64,000 nucleotides of DNA. Source: an uncultured delta proteobacterium. Lineage in GTDB: Bacteria > Myxococcota > Myxococcia > Myxococcales > Myxococcaceae. How positions within the stretch are numbered: the stretch's first letter is position 1; every line of letters starts with the position of its first letter. The DNA lies in assembly GCA_963713045.1 (NCBI GenBank), contig CAVQKE010000004.1:800001-864000 (forward strand). The letters run 5' to 3'. Shown here piece by piece: positions 29,845 through 39,701 of this stretch. A model generated the notes under the pieces. It made no database searches and was not told the DNA's origin. It saw nothing but the letters and a program-made list of their open reading frames with translations. The translations under genes and the position numbers were made by a program.

Positions 29845-30297
29845 ATGAGATTCTTGCCAGCACGGCCCTCGGATTGGCCCGACGTCAAGAGTCTCCTGCT
29901 GTCGCGGGGGCTCCCAGTCGCGGGCGCTGAGGACCATTTGACCGGCTTCGTCGTGGCTCGTGACGAGGGAGGGATTCTCAGGGGCGTGGCTGGCTTAGAG
30001 GTGCACGACGGCGTTGGACTGCTCCGCTCAGTAGCGGTCCGGGCGGATGCCGGGGGCAAGGGTCTCGGCAGCCTTCTGACGCGAGCGGTCGTCAAGCGTA
30101 CCCAGGAACTTGGCCTCCGCAACGTTTACCTGCTCACGACGACGGCCGCCGCGTTTTTTGAGCGACGCGGATTCGAGCCGGTCCCTCGCGACGCGCTCCC
30201 GACGAGCCTTGGCGCCTCGCGTGAACTCCAGGACGCCTGCCCAGCTAGCGCCACCGCCATGGGCTTAGCGGCCGAGCGAGGGACTAGCGAAAGATGA
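29845..30297 (+). CDS. arsN2: Arsenic-resistance N-acetyltransferase ArsN2-like
   Basis: GLLRSVAV, YLLTTTAAAFF, ACPASATAM; ars context. Confidence 0.8.
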   Translation: MRFLPARPSDWPDVKSLLLSRGLPVAGAEDHLTGFVVARDEGGILRGVAGLEVHDGVGLLRSVAVRADAGGKGLGSLLTRAVVKRTQELGLRNVYLLTTTAAAFFERRGFEPVPRDALPTSLGASRELQDACPASATAMGLAAERGTSER

Positions 30298-30743
30298 GCA
30301 ACTTCGCCACCCTCCTCCTAGCGCTCCTTGGCCTGGCTGGCGGGGCTTGCCTCGTCGTGCAGGCGAGCCTCAATGCGGGACTGAGAACACACCTCGGCTC
30401 TGTCGGCTGGGCTGGGTTCATCAGCTACGTCGGCGGCACCCTAGCCATGGCAGTTTCGCTCCTGGTGGGGCGGGTGCCACTGCCCGACGCGAATGCCAAG
30501 GCAACTCCGGTCATTTGGTGGCTCGGAGGTCTCTTCGGTGCCGCCTATCTCGGCGCTTCCATTGTCCTTGTACCGCGCGTCGGGGCTGCGACCGCAATAG
30601 CGCTCGTCGTGGCAGGCCAGCTTGTGTGCTCGCTCCTGCTCGACCAATACGGCTTCCTCGGAGTGCCTCAACACTCCTTCACAGTCACCCGCGCGCTTGG
30701 AGCACTGCTGCTCTTTGGAGGGGTGCTTCTCATCCGTCGCTGA
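30294..30743 (+). CDS. DMT family (YdcZ/DUF606) membrane protein
   Basis: QASLNAGL, WWLGGLFGA, VAGQL..SLLLDQYG; ATGA overlap with arsN2. Confidence 0.88.
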   Translation: MSNFATLLLALLGLAGGACLVVQASLNAGLRTHLGSVGWAGFISYVGGTLAMAVSLLVGRVPLPDANAKATPVIWWLGGLFGAAYLGASIVLVPRVGAATAIALVVAGQLVCSLLLDQYGFLGVPQHSFTVTRALGALLLFGGVLLIRR

Positions 30744-31146
30744 CTCCCAGAGGTGCTGTCTGCGGCGAAGCGCGCCGGGTGTCGCAAACCTGTCACCACG
30801 CGTCCGTCCCCGCAAATCTGGTTCCTGAGGTCAGCCCAACGAGGACTTGACGTCATCCCTTTGCTGGAAGGTTAGAAGGATGCACGGCAAGGAAGCAACC
30901 GCCTCGCTGGGTTGGCTTCGGAGCCGTGGCTCGCCGTGTATTGGCTCGTCGGGACCATCGCTCCAGCGCCAGACTTTTCCAAAATTCAAACGTCATCGAG
31001 GGGTTTATGCCTGACGAATCAAGGAAGAGCGCTCATCTGAGCAAAGCTGCATGGAACGCTCGGCTTTCTGTTGACAGCGGCTTTCACGATTTGGATCAGT
31101 CGGCAGCAACGAGCCACTTGAGAGCGAGCAACTCAGGGTCCCAAGG

Positions 31147-31299
31147 ATGGCGAAACTGACCGCCCGACCGCTTACCGCTGCAGGCGTTCTGAACGTGATG
31201 CTTTGGGTAATCATCGTAGGTGTAGCGCTTGGCATTGGGATCTGGACCATCCGGGCGAGCCGGCAACCGGGCGTTCCGTCGGTTTGGGAACCAGATTGA
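31147..31299 (+). CDS. 50-aa single-pass membrane protein
   Basis: MAKLTARPLTAAGVLNVMLWVIIVGVALGIGIWTIRASRQPGVPSVWEPD*; below the ORF-track cutoff. Confidence 0.4.
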   Translation: MAKLTARPLTAAGVLNVMLWVIIVGVALGIGIWTIRASRQPGVPSVWEPD

Positions 31300-31710
31300 C
31301 CGTTCGAGTGCCTAGGGGGCGTGCGTGGCCTCTGTTCGAATGCGTTTTCTGGCTGCCGCCCGGCAATCGAAGCGTGCAAGCGACCGTCTTCAACGTAGCC
31401 CGCCTGCAGCGGCGGGTCGAGCCTCGGAGTTTTGGCGGCTGTGGGTGGTGTGGGCCTCCACCGAGGCCGCTCCGGAAGCTTCTGCGGCCGCCGGGCCGCA
31501 AGGGCCTCCTTGAGGCATGTGCCCAGAGCGTGCGCCTGCATGGGCGTGCACTCAAAAGGACCGCGCGTCAGGAGCCTTCACTTTCGGGGGGCGGTGAGAG
31601 AGCCCAGTTTTCCAGTAGTCTGGTCTCGAAGATGGCAAGCGCTTTCCCGACTGTCACGCAGCTGTCACGGCGCCGGTCGCTCCCCCGTCCTGGTGGACTT
31701 TCACACCGGA

Positions 31711-31736
31711 TTGACTTACATTCGAAAATACTAGAA
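31711..31736 (+). promoter_or_regulatory. arsR promoter/operator
   Basis: TTGACT and TTC-GAAAATACTA-GAA immediately before arsR. Confidence 0.6.
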
Positions 31737-31738
31737 GG

Positions 31739-32113
31739 ATGGAATCGATGAAGACGAAGCAAGCAATCGACGCGCTTGGAGCCCTGGCTCAGAGCACCCG
31801 GCTCGACATCTACCGACTGCTGGTTCAGAAGGGTCCAGAAGGGCTCTCTGCGGGCGCCATCGCGCAGAAGCTTGAAGTCCCTGCCTCGTCGCTTTCGTTT
31901 CACCTTCACCAGCTGATGCACGCAGGCCTCATCAACCAGGCGCGCGAGAGCCGCCAGCTCTTCTACGCCGCCAACTTCGAGAGGATGAACGCTCTTGTCG
32001 CGTACCTCACCGAAAACTGCTGCGGCCTTGGGGCTGCCGCGTGTCCACCAAGCTGCGAGGTGCAGCCACAAGGAGTCAAACGTGAAGCGTCTTCACGTGC
32101 ACGTCGCCGTTGA
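31739..32113 (+). CDS. arsR: ArsR/SmtB As(III)-responsive repressor
   Basis: ALAQSTRLDIYRLLV..GPEG, SSLSFHL, C-terminal TENCC...C site. Confidence 0.92.
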   Translation: MESMKTKQAIDALGALAQSTRLDIYRLLVQKGPEGLSAGAIAQKLEVPASSLSFHLHQLMHAGLINQARESRQLFYAANFERMNALVAYLTENCCGLGAAACPPSCEVQPQGVKREASSRARRR

Positions 32114-32552
32114 CGAAATCGAGCTGTCCGTCCGCTTCTACTCGGCACTCTTCGGGGCGGCGCCAAGCGTCCTCAAGAGCGACTATGCGAAGTGGATGCT
32201 GGACGACCCCCGCGTCAATTTTGCCATTTCGTCTCGGGGACGGGTTGCAGGCCTCGACCATCTCGGCATCCAAGTCGAGGACGCTGCGGAGCTGACGGAG
32301 GCGTACGGGCGCCTCAAAGCAGCCGAGCGTCCCGTCCTCGAGCAAGGGGCCACGACGTGCTGCTACGCCAAGAGCGAGAAAGCATGGGTTCAGGACCCGT
32401 CAGGCATTGCATGGGAGACCTTCCTCACGCGCGGCGAAAGCACCACGTATGGAGAGGACGCGTTGCCGGCGGCGAAGGCTGACGACGCGTGCTGCCGGCC
32501 GGAACTCACCCCATCAAGCAGCGTCGGGCCCACCGAGAGTGCCGGCGTCTAG
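32082..32552 (+). CDS. arsI: ArsI/CadI family VOC metalloenzyme (putative C-As lyase)
   Basis: KRLHVHV, DYAKWMLDDPRVNFAIS, TTCCYAKSEKAW.DP.GIAWETF; AGGAG RBS and GTG start. Confidence 0.85.
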   Translation: MKRLHVHVAVDEIELSVRFYSALFGAAPSVLKSDYAKWMLDDPRVNFAISSRGRVAGLDHLGIQVEDAAELTEAYGRLKAAERPVLEQGATTCCYAKSEKAWVQDPSGIAWETFLTRGESTTYGEDALPAAKADDACCRPELTPSSSVGPTESAGV

Positions 32553-32580
32553 CGAGCGAAATCCCGGGAATGCTCCGGCA

Positions 32581-33708
32581 ATGACGACCGAACCAAAAGC
32601 AGTCGAACGGCTTTCCGTCGTCGACCGATTTCTTCCGCTGTGGATTCTTGCCGCCATTGGCCTGGGTCTCGCCTGCGGTCGCATTTTTCCCGGACTACCC
32701 CAGGCGCTCGACGCAGTGAAGGTCGCTGGGGTGTCGGTCCCAATCGCGATTGGGCTCTTCTGGATGATGTACCCGGTGCTTGCTCGAGTGCGGTACGGCG
32801 AGGTTTCCCACCTCAGAAAGCGTGGGCGCCTCCTGGCGACCTCGCTCGTCTTGAACTGGGTGGTGGGACCCATCCTCATGTTCGTTCTGGCCTGGGTTCT
32901 CCTGCCTGACCTGCCGCATTACCGCACCGGCCTCATCCTCATTGGCTTGGCGCGATGCATCGCGATGGTTCTCATCTGGAATATGCTCGCTCGGGGAAGC
33001 GGAGAGGTGGCGGCGGTGCTCGTCGCTCTCAATTCCCTTTTCCAAATCGCCTTCTATTCCCTTCTCGGGTGGCTCTTCATCACCGTCGTCCCGACCTGGC
33101 TCGGCGCCAGCGGCGAAGCCTTTCACGTCAGTGTCTGGACCATCGCCAAGAGCGTTCTCCTCTTCCTTGGTCTTCCGCTGGTCGCCGGCGCCCTGACGCG
33201 CACAATCGGGGAGCGAGCACGAGGCCGAGACTGGTATGAGAAGAAGTTCCTGCCACGACTCGGGCCGACAGCGCTGCTTGCATTACTCTACACCATCGTC
33301 CTCATGTTCGCGATGCAGGGGGGCCGCATCACCAGGCTCCCCGTGGACGTGGTCCGGATTGCGGTGCCGCTCGTCCTCTACTTCGTGCTGATGTTCGGCG
33401 GGGCGTTCTTGCTCGCTTGGCGCCTTGGCTTCTCGTACGAAGAGACGGCCTCGCTGTCCTTCACCGCGGCAGGGAACAACTTCGAACTGGCCATCGCCGT
33501 TGCCATCGGCACGTTCGGCATTGCCTCGGGAGAGGCGCTCGCCGGCGTCGTGGGCCCGCTGATTGAAGTCCCTGCTTTAATTTCACTTGTCTACCTCTCG
33601 CTTTGGATGAAGACGCGCCTCTTCCCGAAAAGTGGCGACGCAGTCCTGCCTCGTCGGCTTCGCGCCCTGACTTCCCACCCGCCATCCCCTTCTGAGGTGA
33701 GCAAGTGA
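32581..33708 (+). CDS. acr3: ACR3 arsenite efflux transporter
   Basis: DRFLPLWI, MMYPVLA, GLARCIAMV, GNNFELAIAVA, GPLIEVP. Confidence 0.95.
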   Translation: MTTEPKAVERLSVVDRFLPLWILAAIGLGLACGRIFPGLPQALDAVKVAGVSVPIAIGLFWMMYPVLARVRYGEVSHLRKRGRLLATSLVLNWVVGPILMFVLAWVLLPDLPHYRTGLILIGLARCIAMVLIWNMLARGSGEVAAVLVALNSLFQIAFYSLLGWLFITVVPTWLGASGEAFHVSVWTIAKSVLLFLGLPLVAGALTRTIGERARGRDWYEKKFLPRLGPTALLALLYTIVLMFAMQGGRITRLPVDVVRIAVPLVLYFVLMFGGAFLLAWRLGFSYEETASLSFTAAGNNFELAIAVAIGTFGIASGEALAGVVGPLIEVPALISLVYLSLWMKTRLFPKSGDAVLPRRLRALTSHPPSPSEVSK

Positions 33709-34241
33709 AACCGACCAAGACCTTCAAGGTCCTCTTCCTTTGCACCGGTAATTCCGTTCGCAGCATCATGGCGGAACACATGCTGAAGCGACTCGGGGGC
33801 CACGGCTTCGAGGCCTACAGCGCCGGAGCGGAACCCAAAGGCGTGGTGGACCCACTCACACTGAAAATCCTTCGCGACAGATTCCGCATCGACGCCTCCG
33901 GAGCGCGCAGCAAATCCTGGGACGAGTTCCGGAACGTCGAGTTCGACTTCGTCCTCACAGTTTGCGATCGCGCACGCGAATCCTGTCCGGTGTGGCCCGG
34001 CCAGCCAATCATTGCGCATTGGGGGCTAGAGGACCCGTCGGCGTTTGCCGGCTCGCCAAAGCAACGCGAGCAGCTTTTTCTCAACGTGGCCACGCACATT
34101 TACCAAAGGATTCAAATCTTCACCTCCCTGCCGCTGGCCAAGCTCGACCGTCTTCGCCTCGAGCGTCTCGTCAAACGCATCGGAACCGAGCCGGAAACTG
34201 TCGCTGCGGAGGAGGAAGCTCTTGCAAAGCCGGCGCGCTGA
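33705..34241 (+). CDS. arsC: Thioredoxin-coupled arsenate reductase (LMW-PTPase fold)
   Basis: [33 protein letters not shown]. Confidence 0.92.
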   Translation: MKPTKTFKVLFLCTGNSVRSIMAEHMLKRLGGHGFEAYSAGAEPKGVVDPLTLKILRDRFRIDASGARSKSWDEFRNVEFDFVLTVCDRARESCPVWPGQPIIAHWGLEDPSAFAGSPKQREQLFLNVATHIYQRIQIFTSLPLAKLDRLRLERLVKRIGTEPETVAAEEEALAKPAR

Positions 34242-34297
34242 GGTCAGAGAGTCAGCCCAGCTTTGCAGGTCGTGGCTCTAAGAGGGGCACCTCGTCT

Positions 34298-35308
34298 ATG
34301 GCAGTTCGCGTCGGCATCAACGGCTTTGGGCGGATGGGTCGCTTGGCGCTGCGGGCTGCTTGGGGGTGGCGCGACTTCGACGTCGTCCACATCAATGAGG
34401 TGAAAGGCGGCCCCGAAGCGGCGGCGCACCTGTTGACGTTCGATTCTGTTCAGGGGCGCTGGGAGCACGACGTGCGGGCCGAAGCGACGGCCATTTCGGT
34501 CGAGGGTCGTCGGATTGGCTTCAGTGCAATTTCAAGTCCGGCTGAGGCGCCGTGGCGTGACGCTCGGGTCGATGTTGTTCTCGAAGCGAGCGGAAAGTTT
34601 CGGACGGTGGCCCTCCTCGCGCCCTACTTCGAGCAAGGCATCCGGAAGGTCATCGTCGCCGCCCCGGTAAAGGAGGGGGCGCTGAACGTCGTCCTCGGCG
34701 TCAACGACCATCTCTACCGGCCCGGTGAGCACCACGTCGTGACTGCAGCGTCGTGCACGACCAACTGTCTTGCTCCGGTCGTGAAAGTCCTCCACGAAGG
34801 AATTGGCGTCCGGCACGGAATCATCACCACGGTGCATGACGCCACCAACACCCAGTCGGTCGTCGATGCTCCGCAGAGGGACCTAAGGCGAGCCCGCGCA
34901 GCCGGGCTATCGCTCATTCCGACAACCACCGGCAGCGCGACAGCCATTGGCCTCATCTACCCCGAGCTCAAAGGCAAGCTGAACGGCCTCGCCGTCCGCG
35001 TCCCCCTGCTGAACGCCTCCTTGACGGACTGCGTCTTCGAGGTGTCCCGTCCCACGACGGTGGAAGAGGTCAACCAGCTTCTCAGGGCTGCTGCTGAAGG
35101 CATTCTCAGAGGGATTCTTGGGTACGAGGAGCGCCCGCTCGTCTCCATCGACTACAAGGGCGACGCCCGAAGCGCGATCGTCGATGCCCTGTCGACAATG
35201 GTCGTCGACCGGACCTGCGTGAAGGTCCTCGCCTGGTATGACAACGAGTGGGGTTATGCCAACCGCCTGGTGGAACTCATCCGCAAGGTAGCCTCAACTC
35301 TGCCGTGA
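34298..35308 (+). CDS. gap: ArsJ-associated glyceraldehyde-3-phosphate dehydrogenase
   Basis: [29 protein letters not shown]; directly upstream of arsJ. Confidence 0.93.
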   Translation: MAVRVGINGFGRMGRLALRAAWGWRDFDVVHINEVKGGPEAAAHLLTFDSVQGRWEHDVRAEATAISVEGRRIGFSAISSPAEAPWRDARVDVVLEASGKFRTVALLAPYFEQGIRKVIVAAPVKEGALNVVLGVNDHLYRPGEHHVVTAASCTTNCLAPVVKVLHEGIGVRHGIITTVHDATNTQSVVDAPQRDLRRARAAGLSLIPTTTGSATAIGLIYPELKGKLNGLAVRVPLLNASLTDCVFEVSRPTTVEEVNQLLRAAAEGILRGILGYEERPLVSIDYKGDARSAIVDALSTMVVDRTCVKVLAWYDNEWGYANRLVELIRKVASTLP

Positions 35309-36570
35309 GTGCGGTGAAGGCAAGCGAGGCTGTCCGCAATTATGCCGTCGTGACGGCTGCGTACTGGGCCTTCACGTTGACGGACGGCGCGCTCCGCATG
35401 CTCGTGCTGCTCCATTTCCACGAGCTGGGTTACTCCCCGGTTGAGCTGGCGTTCCTCTTTCTCTTCTATGAGTTTTTCGGGGTGGTGACGAACCTAGTGG
35501 GAGGCTACCTCGCCGCCCGCCTCGGCCTGAAGCTCACCCTTACCTCTGGGCTGCTTCTCCAGGTCTTTGCTCTCGGAGCTCTCGCTCTCGTTCGGCGCGA
35601 CTGGAGCGTCGCGGTGTCCGTCGCGTACGTCATGGCCGCCCAGGCGTTGTCCGGCATCGCAAAGGACCTCACGAAGATGAGCGCCAAGTCCTACATCAAG
35701 GTTCTCGTCCCGGCGGGCGCGCATGGAGCGCTCTTCAAATGGGTCGCGCTTCTCACTGGTAGCAAGAATGCGCTGAAGGGAGTGGGCTTTTTTCTTGGAG
35801 GCGTTCTCCTCACGCTTCTTGGCTTCCGCGGCGCTCTCTATGCGATGGCGGTCGCGCTGCTGGCCGTCTTCGTGTGGACGCAGCGGTCCTTGCCCGGGAA
35901 CCTAGGGCGTGCACCCGTGAAGCCGAAGTTCAAGGGCCTGTTATCGAAGAATCGCTCGGTCAACCTGCTTTCAGCCGCGCGGTTTTTCCTCTTCGGCGCG
36001 CGGGACGTGTGGTTCGTTGTCGGCGTGCCGGTCTTTCTGTACGACGTCATCGGATGGAGCTTCAGCGGGGTGGGTGCTTTCTTGGCACTATGGGTGATTG
36101 GTTATGGAGCCATCCAGTCGGTCGCTCCGCTGCTCATCGGTCGGTGGACGGGCGGCGCGGTCCCCGACGGGAAAAGCGCCGTCGTCCTGGCCCTTCTGCT
36201 CGCGATGCTAACCGCTGCTACGGCGGTGGCCCTGCAACAAGGTGCGCAGCCCCTTACGGTTCTCGTTGCGGGCTTGGGAGCATTTGGCGTGGTGTTTGCC
36301 CTGAACTCGTCTGTCCACAGCTATCTCATCCTCGCGTACTCAGAGGGGGACAAGGTCGCAATGAACGTCGGCTTCTACTACATGGCGAACGCGGGCGGCC
36401 GGCTCGTCGGGACACTTCTCTCCGGCGTCCTCTTCCAACTTCGCAGCGTTGGCGGATGCCTGTGGGGGAGCGCCCTGTTCGCGATGGCTGCGGCGGTAAT
36501 CTCGATAAACCTTCCCCGTGCTTCACGCGTGCTGCAACTCAAGGACGTCGCGGTCGAGGGCGCGGAGTGA
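35305..36570 (+). CDS. arsJ: Organoarsenical efflux MFS permease ArsJ
   Basis: [53 protein letters not shown]. Confidence 0.92.
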   Translation: MSAVKASEAVRNYAVVTAAYWAFTLTDGALRMLVLLHFHELGYSPVELAFLFLFYEFFGVVTNLVGGYLAARLGLKLTLTSGLLLQVFALGALALVRRDWSVAVSVAYVMAAQALSGIAKDLTKMSAKSYIKVLVPAGAHGALFKWVALLTGSKNALKGVGFFLGGVLLTLLGFRGALYAMAVALLAVFVWTQRSLPGNLGRAPVKPKFKGLLSKNRSVNLLSAARFFLFGARDVWFVVGVPVFLYDVIGWSFSGVGAFLALWVIGYGAIQSVAPLLIGRWTGGAVPDGKSAVVLALLLAMLTAATAVALQQGAQPLTVLVAGLGAFGVVFALNSSVHSYLILAYSEGDKVAMNVGFYYMANAGGRLVGTLLSGVLFQLRSVGGCLWGSALFAMAAAVISINLPRASRVLQLKDVAVEGAE

Positions 36571-36617
36571 GTCCCAGCCCTCTTTGTAACGAAGGTGTGT
36601 CATCGCCACATGGCGAT

Positions 36618-36683
36618 TGACCATTCTATACGAGCCTTCTAAAAGCATCGAAATCACTTAGTCTTCCGGAACGATGGAAAGAC
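36618..36683 (+). promoter_or_regulatory. Promoter with two ArsR-like operators upstream of pstS1
   Basis: TTGACC; TTC-TAAAAGCATC-GAA (36637-36652) and TTC-CGGAACGATG-GAA (36664-36679). Confidence 0.55.
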
Positions 36684-36704
36684 GCTACAAAGGGGCTCCG
36701 AACC

Positions 36705-37733
36705 GTGAAGAATCTGCGCCACGCCCTCCTCGGGCTCACAGTCGCGGTATCGGCGCTAGCTGGAGTTCCGGTCTTAATCACTGGTGCCGGCTCGACCTTC
36801 GTCACGCCGATGTTCTCCAAGTGGTTTGCCGAATACGGTCGGCTGCATCCTGATGTTCAATTCAGTTACCAGTCCGTCGGCTCGGGCGCCGGCGTGCGGG
36901 ACGCGCTCGAGCGGAAAGTGGACTTCGGTGCGAGTGATGCACCGCTGACCGATGCGGAACAGAAGCAGGCGCCCGACCTTCTCAACCTTCCCGTCGTTCT
37001 CGGCTCGGTCGCGGTCGTCTACAACGTCGCTGGCGTCCAGGATTTGAAGCTGACGGCAGAGACGCTTGCCGGCATCTTCTTACACAGCATCACCAAGTGG
37101 AACGACCCAGCCATCGCCAAGGACAACCCGGGAACGGCACTTCCGGACACGGACATCGAGGTTGTTCACCGCTCGGACGGCTCGGGGACCACCGCTATTT
37201 TCACTGACTATCTCTCGAAAGTGTCTCCGGAGTGGAAGCGGCTGGTCGGCGCCGGCAAGCACGTCAACTGGCCCACTGGTCTCGGCGGTAAGGGGAACGA
37301 GGGCGTGAGCAGCGTGGCTAAGGACACTCCGGGCTCTATCGCGTATGTCGAGCTCGCGTTTGCGGACAGGCTGAAGCTGGCGACGTCGCTCCTTCGCAAC
37401 AACGCCGGCGCCTTCGTGCGGCCATCCATCGAGTCCACGACGGCTGCCGCTGCGGGAGTAGTCCTCCCTGAAGACATGCGCGTCTCCATCACCGATGCGC
37501 CCGGGCCGGCGGCTTGGCCTATCTCGGGATTCACGTACGTGCTTCTGCGCAAGGACCTCCCAGAGAAGGCTGTTGGTGAGGCATTGCTTCAGTTTCTTCA
37601 GTGGGCAGTTAGCGCTGGTCAGACGATGACAGCGTCCCTCGACTACGCCCCGCTTCCACAGAGCGTCGTCGACCGCGTCCGCCAGAAGCTTGCGAGTATT
37701 ACCGTGCAGGGGACAACCATTGGAGCGAAGTAA
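36705..37733 (+). CDS. pstS: Phosphate-binding protein PstS (E. coli-like clade)
   Basis: TGAGSTF, YQSVGSGAG, DFGASD, HRSDGSGTT, GKGNEGV. Confidence 0.93.
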   Translation: MKNLRHALLGLTVAVSALAGVPVLITGAGSTFVTPMFSKWFAEYGRLHPDVQFSYQSVGSGAGVRDALERKVDFGASDAPLTDAEQKQAPDLLNLPVVLGSVAVVYNVAGVQDLKLTAETLAGIFLHSITKWNDPAIAKDNPGTALPDTDIEVVHRSDGSGTTAIFTDYLSKVSPEWKRLVGAGKHVNWPTGLGGKGNEGVSSVAKDTPGSIAYVELAFADRLKLATSLLRNNAGAFVRPSIESTTAAAAGVVLPEDMRVSITDAPGPAAWPISGFTYVLLRKDLPEKAVGEALLQFLQWAVSAGQTMTASLDYAPLPQSVVDRVRQKLASITVQGTTIGAK

Positions 37734-37817
37734 ACCGGCGCCTGAAGCGAAGGCTGGCCAAGCTCTTCAACACGCACTTGGGACGACGACCGCTCAACGG
37801 GTGAACTGGCCCTGGTT

Positions 37818-37964
37818 GTGCCTAGGCTGGCGCAAATGGGCATGGTGTTTGCGACGGTCGTGTGTCTTTACAAGACGGGACTCTCGGCGCTTGCGCTCGG
37901 CCTCTTTGGCGCATCAAGTGTGCTGACGATGTTGAGCCTTCTTCTGCGCCGGGCGCCACCTTGA
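37818..37964 (+). CDS. Small hydrophobic ORF or remnant
   Basis: PRLAQMGMVFATVVCLYKTGLSALALGLFGASSVLTMLSLLLRRAPP*; two hydrophobic stretches, no clear RBS. Confidence 0.3.
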   Translation: MPRLAQMGMVFATVVCLYKTGLSALALGLFGASSVLTMLSLLLRRAPP

Positions 37965-38106
37965 ACGCCAGCCGTGTAGCCCAAGCCGCGGGGAGCTGCG
38001 CCATGTCGGGCTGTGCATCGGTTCCTGCCTTCGACGACAGTGAGCTGAGGCTTGGAGACCGAGCACTGGTGTTTGAGTTCGCGGCGATTCACCTGGTTGT
38101 TCCGGA

Positions 38107-39516
38107 TTGACGGTGTCGCGCCTTGTCATCATCGGTGGCAGCGACGCCGGAGTCAGTGCGACCTTACGGGCCCGCGAGCTGAGGCCAGACATCGACGTCG
38201 ACGTCCTGGTCGCTGACGGCTACCCCAACTTCAGCATCTGCGGGTTGCCCTTTCTCTTTAGCGGCGAGGTGTCGAACTGGCAGTCGCTCGCGCACCGGAC
38301 GCTTGCCGAGTTGAGGGCCACTGGCGCTCGCTTCCGGCTGCGCACGCGGGCGACCCGGTTGCGGCTCTGTGAGCGAGAGGTCGAAGCGCTTGGGCCAGAT
38401 GGACCCATGACGCTGGAGTTCGACCATCTAGTCATCGCGACTGGCGCGAAACCTATGCGCCCACCCATCACCGGACTGGATGAGGAGGGGGTCCATGTCC
38501 TGCACGACATGGGGCATGCGCTCGGCCTTCTTCGCGTCCTTCGCGAGCGCGCTCTTCGTGAGGTGCTCATCATCGGGGCTGGGTACATCGGGCTCGAGAT
38601 GGCGGACGCGTTGGAGCACGCGGGCTTTAGCGTCACGGTCGTCGAGCGAGCGTCGCAACCCATGCCGACCGTCGATGAGCCCCTGGGAGAACTGGTCGCA
38701 GAGCGGATGCGCAGCAAGGGAATCCGGCTTGCGACTGGAATTGTCGTCCGTCGAATCGAGAGGGAGCGCGACCAGCTCGTCGTGCGCGGCGATCGCGACT
38801 TCGAGGCGGCGTCGCCCATCGTGCTCGTGGCTGCCGGCGTCGTCCCAAACGCGGAATTGGGCCTCGAGGCCGGACTCGCTGAGGGAATGCGCGGAGCGCT
38901 GCGCGTTGACCAAGGCATGCGCACTTCTGTTGAGGGCGTCTTCGCTGCAGGAGACTGCGTCGAGACCTGGCACAAGCTACTGAAGCGACCGACGTACCTT
39001 CCGCTCGGGACGACCTCTCATAAGCAAGGCCGGGTGGCGGGCGAGAACGCCGTAGGAGGGAATGCGGAGTACAAGGGTTCCCTCGGCACCCAAGTCGTGA
39101 AGGTCTTCGGTAGCGTCGTGGGCCGCTCTGGCCTTCGTCACGACGAGGCCAAGGCCGAGCGGTTCGAGCCGCTCACAGTGCAGGCGCTGGCTTGGGACCA
39201 CAAGGTGTATTTCCCGGGAGCCACCCTGCTCTCGCTGAGGGTGACGGCGGACCGAAATACCCGCCGCCTCCTGGGCGCACAAGTGCTTGGAGCCCAAGAA
39301 GCAGAGGTCTCGAAGCGCCTCGACCTGTTCGCGATGGCGCTCCATCACGAGATGCGCGTCGAGCAACTGGCTGAGCTCGACCTGAGCTACACCCCTCCCC
39401 TCAGCTCGCCCTGGGACCCGGTGCAGGTGGCCGGACAAGACTGGGAAGGCACTCGACGCGAGGGCGACGACCGCCTTGCGGCCCAGGCCACGTGGGGACA
39501 AAGACCGCCGAAATAG
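38107..39516 (+). CDS. FAD/NAD(P)H disulfide oxidoreductase (CoA-disulfide reductase/Npx family)
   Basis: IIGGSDAG, FSICGLP (single redox Cys), IGAGYIGLE, FAAGDC, LDLSYTPP. Confidence 0.9.
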   Translation: MTVSRLVIIGGSDAGVSATLRARELRPDIDVDVLVADGYPNFSICGLPFLFSGEVSNWQSLAHRTLAELRATGARFRLRTRATRLRLCEREVEALGPDGPMTLEFDHLVIATGAKPMRPPITGLDEEGVHVLHDMGHALGLLRVLRERALREVLIIGAGYIGLEMADALEHAGFSVTVVERASQPMPTVDEPLGELVAERMRSKGIRLATGIVVRRIERERDQLVVRGDRDFEAASPIVLVAAGVVPNAELGLEAGLAEGMRGALRVDQGMRTSVEGVFAAGDCVETWHKLLKRPTYLPLGTTSHKQGRVAGENAVGGNAEYKGSLGTQVVKVFGSVVGRSGLRHDEAKAERFEPLTVQALAWDHKVYFPGATLLSLRVTADRNTRRLLGAQVLGAQEAEVSKRLDLFAMALHHEMRVEQLAELDLSYTPPLSSPWDPVQVAGQDWEGTRREGDDRLAAQATWGQRPPK

Positions 39517-39631
39517 ACGTCAGCTCATAGCCCCCACCTCGTCGCGACGTTGCAACCGCGGAAATGCATGGCCAGTCGGGCAGCGGCACAAGTAGCTTCT
39601 CGCCGCTGAAAGCCCTGGAAAAGTCGAAGGG

Positions 39632-39660
39632 TTCACCTCCTCGTCACACGACAGACACAC
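39632..39660 (+). promoter_or_regulatory. Pho-box-like direct repeats upstream of pstS2
   Basis: TTCACCT (39632), GTCACAC (39643) and GACACAC (39654) at 11-bp period. Confidence 0.5.
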
Positions 39661-39701
39661 GGGTCCGGGATACGACTGCCCGACCCCAACATGGAGCGCA
39701 C

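Noticed and set aside
36585..36603. Pho box upstream of pstS1 (TGTAAC...TGTCAT)
   Set aside because: The half-sites are 13 bp apart, not 11.
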